Part shown: piece by piece, positions 26,718 to 37,801 of the stretch
How the letters are laid out: every line of letters begins with the position of its first letter
Position numbering within the stretch: position 1 is the first letter of the stretch
Assembly: GCA_951406725.2 (NCBI GenBank)
Contig: OX597814.1
Span: 174,282,001 to 174,346,000 of the forward strand
Direction of reading: 5' to 3'
Source: Octopus vulgaris
Taxonomy: Eukaryota
DNA length: 64,000 bases
The notes under the pieces: generated by a model
What the model was told of the DNA's origin: nothing
The model's input: only the letters and a program-made list of their open reading frames with translations
Database searches by the model: none
Program-made: the position numbers and the translations under genes

Positions 26718-26930
26718 TAATCCTTTCTATTATAGACACAAGGCCTAAAATTTGAGAGGAGAGGGCAAGTTGATTATATTGACCCCAGTGTGTAACTGGT
26801 ACTTATTTCATTGACCCTGAAAGGATGAAAGGCAAAGTTGACCATGGCAGAATTTGAACTCAGAATGTAAAAATGGACAAAATGCCACTAAGCATTTTAC
26901 TTGGCATGCTAACTATTCTGCCAGCTCTCT
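26718..26930 (-). mobile_element. tRNA-derived SINE, family B (best-preserved copy)
   Basis: Minus-strand head gagctggcagaatagttagcatgcc..., B-box-like gagttcaaattct, tail ggccttgtgtctataatagaaaggatt. Confidence 0.85.
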
Positions 26931-27074
26931 GAATAATAATAATAATAATAATAAATAAATAAATAAAACAATACAAAATCTAATCATTATTTTGTATTCT
27001 TCTGCTCTAGTCGGTAATTGAAATTTAGTTGGAGAGTGCTGCTTCAGAGTTTCTAATGCCAGCCAAAGGATCTG

Positions 27075-27610
27075 GCCCATATTTCAGAACTAAAGGGCCT
27101 GATTGAAAAGTATTATTTCTGTCACTGAAGGAAATTAGAGCAAACTATATGCAATATCTCTGAATGTAACTATTTTTAACAAACACTATTGAAGGAAATA
27201 AGGGGCTATTAACTGACCTATCAATCTTTTGCACTGCAGAATAGATGTAAGTTATAGACCTGAATGTGTGGCCATTTTTGACTCCTAGCTGCTTTGCTTT
27301 ATTTATATCATTATTGCCCTAGGAGAAATATGGAAATCATACAATCTCATCTCCCACAAATCCCTATGAAATTCTATTACACTATCAATCAGACTTAGTA
27401 AGTTTTGTCACAGAAGGACCATCTGGTATGATTATTAAATAAGGACTAAAGACAAAAGACTGTTCAAGCCCTTGATTGATAGGTCAGTTAATAACCTTAT
27501 TTCCTTTGATAGTGTTAGTTATAAATAGTCATATCCAGAGATATTCCATATAGTTTACTTCCTTCCATAACAGAATCAATACTTTTCAATCAGTCCCTAA
27601 ATATTGGGCT
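27075..27610. mobile_element. Fold-back element / MITE with about 135-bp imperfect inverted arms
   Basis: 27094-27226 is the imperfect reverse complement of 27474-27598 (e.g. ctgattgaaaagtatt / aatacttttcaatcag; tattaactgacctatcaatc / gattgataggtcagttaata). Confidence 0.75.
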
Positions 27611-30600
27611 ACCTCTATCAAAAGTGATTCCAGTCAGGGTTGAGAAAAGCAAATTAATTTTAAATGCTATTACCACTTTTATTGAGCATTGATTAGATAT
27701 GAATAACCATGTAAACTGTTATCAAAACTATCATAAATCCTTATAGAAGTTTTTCTCTGTTTGCATTGGTTTAGTTACTTTGTGGTTATTGTCGGGAGAA
27801 GCACATTTCAGTAAATGATGCCTTCAGCATGAAAAGCAATGGTTAGGTCTATGTTAACACATATTGGTCTTATTGTGTCCTCATCCATGAAACATAGACT
27901 TCATCATTCTTACTGGAAAAAAAAAAAAAATCACTAAATGTGCAAGATTGTGCTTCAGAAAATGGAACTATTCAAAAAATAAATAATTCAGAAATGCCAT
28001 CTGCATTGAAATGAAATGAATAAATTGTTGGGGGAGCAACCATTAAAAAATGTTAGCTCAACATAATTTTATGATGAAGAAAAAAAATAACATTATTCTA
28101 TCATTTGCTGTTATTTTCATATTGAAAATATCTGAATTATTTATTCACTGGACAGATTCTATTTTCGGTGTCAACAACTCTACAACTTTTATTTAATAAT
28201 CTTTTCATTTCTACTTTGGCAAGTGAAGATTGTGTTATGCTGATGTGGACATACTAAGACCAAAGCATGTCTGAAGTTTTTTTCTGTACTAACTGAATAA
28301 ATGAAAATAATGTTAAATCATTCATCAGTATTGTTTTTTCCCTTCCTGCATAATTAGGTCTAATTAGCATTTCTAATGTTCCTTACATTAAAATAGGTTA
28401 ATAACAACCTATGTCAGCAAAGTCAGATGTTTTAATTTAAAAAAATCTTTTAAGGTTATAGTTACTTCAAATTTGTAATAAATCTTTGCTTTCACTTGGT
28501 ATGACTACAAATATATGAAATAGGAAACTTAGAAATTGAAAGTTTACATCTAGAACATAGTAATCTCATGGTTCTAAGGTTTATGTAAAACTTCAATAAA
28601 TAAAATCCATAGTAGTTAAGTTTGGCATTGGCAGTAGTTTCAAGATTTAAATTTCAAGCCAACAATAAAACCTCACTGCAGTTACATAATCGTCTCAAAA
28701 CCACAGACGAATCTCATTTCAACCACACAAAAAGGAAAAAAGAAATGTCTATTAATTTTCATGAATGTTGTGCTTAGGTTCCCAACAGCTGCATATGTAT
28801 GTTTTGTAAGTTCTGGATTGTTTTGTTTTGTAAATCATAAGAATTAAGATCATAGTATTTCTTGAGTTCATTTCCTGCTTTGGAAGTGTAGGCATTTTGA
28901 TATTATTTTAGTTTAAGAAAAAGTAGTGGAGGGAATATAGAGAGAAAGGGTGGTTGTTTAAATATTGGAAGGCATTTAGTTTCACTCCTATTAGTTAAAA
29001 GTTCAAATTCTAACTTGACTTTTATTTTTATTTCTCCAGTGCCAGTAGAAATAAGCAACAAAGAACCTGTAATATACTGATATTAATTCTGTTTGTTGTA
29101 CCTCCTTTCTCAACAAATATAAATTAGTTTGTCACTAAACATAAGGAAATGTTATTCTGGGTAATGCTACTATATGCTATGATATTTATTCTCTTATTTT
29201 TACATAGCTGGCAAAGCTGGAACTATTTTTAGGGGTTTTTCATCGACATAGTGCCATTTGATAGGCATGGCGTTAGCTTCTGTCTGTCTGGGAAATCCAT
29301 AATATGCTGTAACACACAGTGGAACGTATTTTCTTAAGAGTTCATCTGCTTGTAATTTGGTAAGCAGTGTATCCACCACTGCTTCTTTCTGTGTTGTGAT
29401 AGGTATTAGGATTTGAAACAACCATGCTGTTATTTAGATAATTTCCCAGTACTCATTATTTATTACTGTTTACATGTGATATTTAAAGCCATTGGGGTTG
29501 ATTCAGTCACTCACCTACATTACATAGTTGTGCCAAAATTAAAAATCATCATCATTGTCAGTAGCAATAAAGCTAACACAGGCACTTTTGAAGATGTTAT
29601 AAAATTAAAATGACATTAAGAATTGACTGGTGTTTATTTATTTTAGTAGCTGTCAAAGGATAAAATCAGTCAGCTCTGACATGATTTAAACTATAAAGGG
29701 TTGCAACTAAAATACTGTAAGGCATTTTTGTTTGACCTTGCAGTATTTAATCATACTTCTTCACATTCTGATCATAGTTCTCATCCCCTCCAGCAGTAGA
29801 GTATCCATATTATTATAGTGAGGTTATTCAGTTGACTATGCCCTACTCTTATAATTTTGTGTCATCATGAAAATTTATCATTGTTTAGTTTTGGACACCT
29901 CTAATTAGACCTATGAAACAAAAAATTCCAACTGTGGTCATCTCTCTTGTAAGATGATGAAAGTGGGATTTGAGGGAGATTTGGTTGCCATATATAGCAG
30001 TTTGAGCAACTGTGTAGGGGCTGCCCCATTAGCTTGTTTGAACAATGTGGCAGTCAACCTGCTATTCCTTTCCTTGTAGCAGTCTTCCTTTGTTCTCTCT
30101 CATTAGTTCACTTACTCAAGGTAGCTGCTCCTCTTACTCCTTCTGTTTTAGTGACTGTCTAATAAACAAATCCGCTGGTCCATTGCAGTTTGATTTTTTT
30201 TGTTTTATATATAATACATGGCTTGTATGCTCTTGTGAAGTACAGAATGAGTGACCTTATTAACCTTAACATTGAGTTAATCAAGAAATACCTAAGTCCT
30301 TTGATCAAAATTCATGACTACTATTGATTTAATGATAAATAAATACAATTTAATCAGAAGTATATATCGATATTTTTATGGTAAGCAAATACAATCAGAA
30401 ATATATATTGATAGAATTAATTAGAAATATATAAAAAGCAGGTGATATATATTATTGTGTGATTGATTCACCTTATCCTAATGTGAATCACACATAAACA
30501 GATTATACTTAATCATTTAGATCTGAGTCAGGTCAGCTTAATCTGTGATTAAGTTGGGCTTTTTTCTATTAAAGCTAGACTTTGACTCAGGCTATCCTAG

Positions 30601-31182
30601 TTATTAAATTGTAATTCTACATATGACCATTGACTCAAATGCTTTGTTTTGTTAATGTTTTATATGCTTCTATGTTTATTAATATGTATACATACTTCTA
30701 TAATATTAGTATTTCTTTAATGATTTACATACATGCTCATACATATGCTTTGTACATCTAAACTAAATCAACAGCAAAACTAAGAGTGGTATACTCAATC
30801 AGTTACAAGGTTTAAACTTTGAGCCAGTGAGTCACTCAACCTGCTAGAAATAGCAATTAAATCTCTCTCAAATCTTGACTTCTGACACATGTGCACGCAC
30901 ACATGCATACACACAGAAGGTAAGAGTGTATCGGATAACATACACCTTCTGAATGAGCTGTTCATAACAAACACCTTTGATCATAAAATGGATGATCTGA
31001 GGCTAAGTAATAACTCAGGAAAGTGCTAAAATTATCTATAAACTTCTATTAAATAAAATCATCTAATGCTATATTCCTTGTTGCCTCTGTGTGTGTGTGT
31101 ATGTAAAAGACTTATGATGAATTGCTGATATAAAAGACAAAGATGGGAAAGATAAGTTGGAAATCCACTGCTCTACTATAAA

Positions 31183-31335
31183 TAATCCTTTCTACTATAG
31201 GCACAATGCCTGAAATTTGCAGGGATAACCTACTGATGTTTATCAACCCCCTGATGTTTATAACTGGTACTTATTTCATTGACTTCAAAAGGATGAAAAG
31301 TAAAGTCAACCTCAGCAGAGTTTGAACCCCAAACA
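31183..31335 (-). mobile_element. SINE family B fragment
   Basis: aataatcctttctactataggcacaa...aactggtacttatttcattgac...aaagtcaacctcagcagagtttgaac. Confidence 0.7.
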
Positions 31336-32049
31336 GTAGTAATATGATAATAATAACAACCTTACAGTGTCAAAGGGAAAGAACATTAACAATAGAAATA
31401 CATACATGATCTTAGACAAAAGAGAAAAAAAGCATCACTAAATTAGCAACTGCTTTTGGAACAATTGAAAACATTTAAACTGGACCATTTAAAGCACAAA
31501 TTAGAAAGAGCATTTTGTTCTTAGAGATAACACCACTGTTTCTACCAGCTACTACCTACTCTTTTCTCTTTATTTGGGATGTCCTGAGGGACGACCTAAA
31601 TAGATAGACTTTGTTCATTTACAGTACAGATAATCTGCAAGAAAATTTGTCTCAAATGTATCATTCCTAATTACTTCCTCTTGTATGTGTTTATGCAGTA
31701 CTGTGCATCAATATGTATATATGTATGAATGTACATATGTATGTACATGCACACTCACACCGACATAGAATCTTTGTATGTAGGATGGATATGATTTTGT
31801 TTAAATTGGTGCTTGCTTCAGTTATACTTTGATAGTATGTTTCCATATATATGTTTTATCACTGTCCACCACCACATCCTCTTATCATAATTAGCTTCAT
31901 CAAATCAGCTGTTTGATGTATTTTATATAAGTTTGTAAATCCACCTCTTTCCAACTAATTCACTCCTATAAAATTTATGAGAAGCATGCTTGCTCTTCTA
32001 TTCTATATATTCACTACAATCAATCTAAAAAACTTCCATGTCTTTAAGT

Positions 32050-32560
32050 TCTTTCTGTGCACATTACCTATTAATAGTAGTGCAGTAGTTTCTTTCAAGT
32101 ATAAAATATAAAGTTCTTTGCCAACAGGAAGGCAGTCATGTTTTATATATATGAAGGGAATAAGCAAGAAATTGATAGTACACCTGGTGCACTGTGTACT
32201 CAAAATATGAAGTCATCCTCAGCAGACTGATGGAGAACAAGAACTTTAGATGCATTTAAGTGGTTAACAGCAGAAATGTTATTGAAATGAAGTCAGTGAA
32301 TAGCTTAGATGGATTGCTAGATGTAGTTGATAACTTCTGTTACTTAGGTTCTGGAATGAAGGGAGCAAATGTATAGTTGAAATGGTGTAAAAAGCTCAGG
32401 GAAGTGTTGAGATATTGCCTTTGTTAGCAAGAAAGTCTCTCTCTGTCTTGTTTGAAGAGATACTATAAATTGTATAAGACATGTTGCATGTTAGAGACAC
32501 AGGAACATTGAATTTTGAAAATAACAACCAAAAGCAAATGAGGTAGACAGGCATTGGATA
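32050..32560 (+). mobile_element. Very old RTE LINE ORF2 relic
   Basis: LDVVDNFCYLG at about 32317-32349 matches the RTE motif LEVVxxFxYLG; surrounding frame is broken. Confidence 0.45.
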
Positions 32561-33155
32561 TGGTTAACTGTACCTATATAACTGGCATAGTGTACTTAAA
32601 ATATACAATATATTTTGGAACTGTTTCAGTCATCATCAAGAGATCATTCATTTAAGAGGTGATGTAACAAGCTAGTTAGACTACAAACCTTCTCAAATAG
32701 GATCCATATTGAGTTGAAAGCAAGCAACCAATTATAAATTTGACTTAATGACTATTAGAAGAAACATTTATTTAAAGGGCGCATCACATAAAAGTCAGCA
32801 TTTGCAAACTTTTTTTTTTTTTTGCCTATTCACCATAAAACCTATAAAATAATATATATCATTGCCCTTTAATTTGTCTTTTGTCAAAGTGGGAAAAATA
32901 GTCTGTTTGCACAATGTTTTACTAATAGTTCTACTTAGATTATAATAGCTTGTTGATATTTTGACTTTTTTCTCTTTGCAGCTAAAACTGGATATTTGAG
33001 TTAAACTGAATGTTTCTGTACATTCAATGAAGCTAGTATTAAATGACTTGATTGAATATTTTTTATCTCTTGAGATAATGCCATAGATTTGTAGGGGTTG
33101 GTTATAGCCAGTTAAATTGATTTCCAATATATTGGCAATATTCTTTTATCATCAA

Positions 33156-33830
33156 TTAGCAGAGACACCCAGTGTTGCTCAGGATTTAAATAGCATAGTT
33201 TGTATATATGGTACAATTAAGTTGAAACGTGATACGGGGAAGTAGAGCATTGAATACGAAACATTTGTGGAGTAAATGAAGGGCTAACTCGATTAAGGGG
33301 CATGTTCTGCTTCTATTTGGAAGATTCCAGGCCCTAACCTTGTTATGGAAAAGTGGGTGGGGGTATGTGATTTTTGAATGCACCAAAAAGCTCTCAGTGG
33401 ATATATTGTCCTTTGCGACTACTGGCGCTGCCACTACCACACTGAACAATCAGCAGACATAGGAACTACATCTATATGATAAATTAAGCCTGTGGGCACG
33501 CTCAACAGTCCCACATGAGAGAAATCTACATGAAGAAATGATAATATATAGAAAGGTGGAGAAATTAAAATAAATACATCATCAAGAGTAACGTTCCTTG
33601 AACCAACAAAGCAACTAAGTTATGCAATTGTTTGTATTGTTTACTCAGGAAAGGGGGTTTTCTGTCCCAGGGACCCCATTACTCATTATGTGAAAAATTT
33701 TAAGAGCCTAAAACCATCTCTAGAACATAAGTAGTTTATGTTCCCTATTTGGAGAAAATCAGTTGCGAACTTCAGAAGTTATGCTGGTTTACACACACAC
33801 ACATATCCTCAGTTTATATATATATATATA
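33156..33830 (-). mobile_element. Non-autonomous Helitron-like element
   Basis: Left end ttagcagagacacccagtgttgctcagg is the CpG-decayed reverse complement of a subterminal hairpin plus CTAG-type 3' end; right end runs into (TA)n; no TIR or TSD. Confidence 0.5.
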
Positions 33831-33876
33831 TATGTTCGCTTGGCAGGATTTGAACTCAGAACATTTGCTCTCTCTC

Positions 33877-33934
<58 letters not shown>

Positions 33935-33935
<1 letters not shown>

Positions 33936-34285
33936 GGCTGTGTGGTAAGTAACTTGCTTACCAACCACATGGCTCCAGGTTCAGTCCCACTGTGTAGCAC
34001 CTTGAGCAAATGTCTTCTACTATGGCCTTGGGCCAACCAAAGCCTTGTGAATGGATTTGGTAGATGGAAACTGATAGAAGCCCATCACATATATGTATAT
34101 GTGTGTGTGTCTGTGTTTGTCCCCCTACCAACATCACTTGACAACCGATGTTGGTGCGTTTATGTCCCTGTAACTTAGCAGTTCGGCATAAGAGACCGAT
34201 AGAATAAGTACTAGGCTTACAAAGACTAAGTCCTGATGAAAGGTGGCACACCAACATGACTGAAACAAGTAAAAGAATAAAAGAA
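33935..34285 (+). mobile_element. tRNA-derived SINE, family A
   Basis: tggctgtgtggtaag...ggttcagtcccactg head, gactgaaacaagtaaaagaataaaagaat tail. Confidence 0.88.
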
Positions 34286-36572
34286 TATACATATTGTTTA
34301 GAGCTCAAACAATTCTACCATCTGCTCAGACATTATTTTATGCTTTAGGCATCTTTATTGCTTCACAAAACTGATTGGCGCTTGCAGCAATAATAATAAT
34401 AATAATAATACAACTGTTACTCTATGAGATAGTTGCAATCATACAATGGATAACTGTTATTCAACAATTTTACAATATATTCTAGAAATTTTGCTATTCT
34501 AACCATTCAAAATAGGAAGCTTTTTTTTTTTTATAAATACTGGGGTCAGATGACAAGATTTAGAGAGAGGGGAAAAAAAAAAGAGAATCTTACATTAAAA
34601 GGAAGATTGGAAACAGGGAAAGAAACTAGATTAGTATGGAGAGCAAAAGTGAATGAATGAAAAAAACTTATAAATGAATTAAAGATCAATGATACAAAAG
34701 ATATATAGTTAATGTTTAAATTCTGTAATATTTGAAAAACAAGATATAATATAAAATTTGTAATGGAAACGTATTTTGATTTTTGTTTTATTATTTTACT
34801 TTCTTTACAAAACAACTCCCTAGAGGAAAAAAATTTTAGTATCACTTTTTTTCATTTTCACTTTTACAAGTTTCAGCCATCCATTTGAGATACTGTTATA
34901 ATTTTTAAAGATGTTTTTAACCTAGTTATTATATAAATGCAATTAGTTCCATATATTTCTGTTGTTTGTAACAAGTATAATGCAATGCTGCCTTCCACCA
35001 AGTTTCCACTATACCAGATAATCCATGTTCCAACAAGCCAGCCAGGTTTGGAAATATGTAGCACACTTAGTCATGCACTTAGTATTATACCAAGAGCATG
35101 TTCTGTCTTGTTTGCTGTCTAGACCAACTTTGGTATGTCTAGACTGGGTTTCTTGAAGGAAAACATTGTACAGAGTTTGAGCCTGCTATAAAAATGACAT
35201 AAATACTGTTTGAAAACTAGTGCCATATATAGATTCATTTGAATACGAGGCTTCTTTATTCCACTGCATGTTTTGAGATCTATTGTTTTGTTTTTTTGTA
35301 CATTCTTTCTACAGTCTTGGAGAACATGCTACAGAAAGATTACCAAGTGAAATCTTGTCTTCAGACAAATGCATAAATTTTAGTATTGAGTATTTGTCTC
35401 TCATTAGTACAGACAGTTTTTGTCATCTCTACTTATTTGTTCCTACTTACATATTCAACTCCACAATAGACAAGAGACCACGAGATTCCAGTTACCCTAG
35501 TTTATAGAGAACCTTACTTCAGTCGAAACAGCTACACTCTGGCAGCTGAAATTGTGTTCCCTCAACAAATCATACACTTTTTCACAGTAAAAGTAAAATA
35601 TATTTTTAAATATTAATTTTGCTATTCATTTACTGTGCAGTCTTATCTAAAGTTATTCTTGGAAATTGTTTTTTAAGAAAATACACATGCACGCACCACG
35701 CGTGCATGTGCACAATATTTTATCGTCCAAGTAACAGCTTATTGGGGCTTCAAAAACATTATTGCTGACAAAACTTAAACATCAGTCAGAAAAGCTATAT
35801 AATATAGTAGCAGAATTCATGTTATTTCTTTCATCTCTTTTGACTGTAGTTTAGGCATTCTTTGAAAGTGACATTTAGATATATCATCGCCACCAGCAAC
35901 GTTACCATTATCATCATCACCCGTAACTTGTTGGCATAAGGTTCTCAGTTTTATTTTCATTTTATTTCATTTCATTTCATGAATTTTAATTTCATTATAT
36001 GAATTGATGAGCACTGCCAAAAACAATAAATATTTTCTCGAAGTATCACAATCTAACACACACACACACACACACTCTATCTCTTTCTTTTTCTCTCTCT
36101 CTCTCAATATCTAGACTATGTGGTATTCTGTTCACATCATCACTCTTTTTCTTTTCAGTCTCCACTGGTACAAGACAATAAATCAAATTCTTCTATCATT
36201 CTTTGACAGTGGGTGGAAAAGTATTTGTCAGTCTGTGATAAGGAAGACTTAGAAAACATAATCTATGCCTTTATGCAAGTGTTTAACTTCTTAAACATTC
36301 AAGGATACATAGTTTCCTAGTAAAATAATCAGAAAATGGTGAATGGGGTATATATATATATATGTACATTTGTCACAATTGGGGAAAATCTCATCTTACC
36401 CATGTCTTTTCACTAAAGACTAGCCTAAAACATCTTGTAACAAACCTTAATCTATTATTCTCACCCAACTTGAATCTGAGTATTTATCTTTGGACTAAAA
36501 AAAAAATAAGTCTAATATTATTTTATCTAAATTTAATAACCCAGCCTATTCTTGTTTTTCTTTCTTTTAAAG

Positions 36573-36621
36573 GTCCACCTATTGCCTATGATCCAACTTT
36601 CAGAGGTCCAGTAAAAAGCAG
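36573..36621 (+). CDS. SLC44A2: Choline transporter-like protein (SLC44/CTL2-4-5 subgroup), 49-nt internal coding exon
   Basis: Polypyrimidine tract plus ttttaaag acceptor and AG|gtaagg donor; encodes (G)PPIAYDPTFRGPVKS(R), matching the CTL N-terminal YDPxFxGPxxxR motif; phase 2 fits the next exon. The symbol denotes the family, not strict orthology. Confidence 0.92.
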
Positions 36622-36792
36622 GTAAGGATATTTTACACTGGAGAGAGAGAGAGAAATCTTTTGTATATTGCTTTGAGAATTGGAAAACTACCTTGTAATG
36701 AGCATAACTCCCAGATAGATATGAGATCCAGCTTGGTAACATTTTTTTTTTAAATCTGTAATACTGTATAATTATATATGTGTGTGTGTGTT

Positions 36793-37068
36793 TATCATCA
36801 TCATTATACATCTGTTTTCCATGCTGGCATGGGTTGGACGGTTTGACCAAGAACTGGTAAGCCCAGGAGCTGCACCAGATTCCAGTCTAATTTGGTATGA
36901 TGTCTACATTTGGATGCCCTTCCTATCATCATCATCATCATCATTTAGTGTCCGCTTTCCATGCTAGCATGGGTTGGACGGTTCAACTGGCGTCTGGGAA
37001 GCCAGAAGGCTGTACCAGGCCCAGTCTGATCTGGCAATGTTTCTACGGCTGGATGCCCTTCCTAACAC
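36793..37068 (-). mobile_element. Two stacked RTE-type 3' tails
   Basis: Two (cat)n-ttccatgct.gcatgggttggacggt...ggatgcccttcct units (36793-36925 and 36925-37068). Confidence 0.8.
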
Positions 37069-37099
37069 CTATATATATATATATATATATATTACTCTT

Positions 37100-37487
37100 T
37101 ACTCTTTTACTCTTTTACTTGTTTCAGTCATTTGACTGCGGCCATGCTGGAGCACCGCCTTTAGTCGAGCAAATCAACCCCGGGACTTATTCTTTGTAAG
37201 CCCAGTACTTATTCTATCGGTCTCTTTTGCCGAACCGCTAAGTGACGGGGACGTAAACACACCAGCATCGGTTGTCAAGCAATGCTAGGGGGACAAACAC
37301 AGACACACACACTTATATATATATATACATATATACGACAGGCTTCTTTCAGTTTCCGTCTACCAAATCCACTCACAAGGCATTGGTCGGCCCGGGGCTA
37401 TAGCAGAAGACACTTGCCCAAGATGCCACGCAGTGGGACTGAACCCAGAACCATGTGGTTGGTTAGCAAGCTACTTACCACACAGCC
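37100..37487 (-). mobile_element. Young tRNA-derived SINE, family A (CpGs intact)
   Basis: Full body with retained CpGs (gactgcggcc, gtcgagc, ccgaaccgc); head truncated by the adjacent hairpin element. Confidence 0.92.
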
Positions 37488-37744
37488 AATATTAATTAGA
37501 GACAAAACCACTATTATGCAAATCAAAAAAAGAAAGACTTAATCCAATACATAAAAAATTTTATATAAATTAAATAAAATTAAGTTATATAAAATTTTTT
37601 ATGTATTAAGTCTTTCTTTGTTTGATTGGCATAATAGTGGTTTTGTCTCTAATTAATATTATATAATATTTTACTATAAAATTGGATTCAATCCTAAATC
37701 TGATTTTCCCTGTAAATTTGGATTTATTCCCTAATATTTATTAT

Positions 37745-37800
<56 letters not shown>
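37488..37800. repeat. 173-bp near-perfect palindrome followed by a short unique segment and (TA)n; possible inverted end of a Penelope-like element
   Basis: aatattaattagagacaaaaccactattatgc (from 37488) is mirrored by gcataatagtggttttgtctctaattaatatt (to 37660); inner arm aatacataaaaaattttatataa is also mirrored. Confidence 0.8.

Positions 37801-37801
<1 letters not shown>

Noticed and set aside
33935-34000. tRNA gene
   Set aside because: A/B box-like motifs belong to SINE heads and continue into SINE body; no complete cloverleaf.
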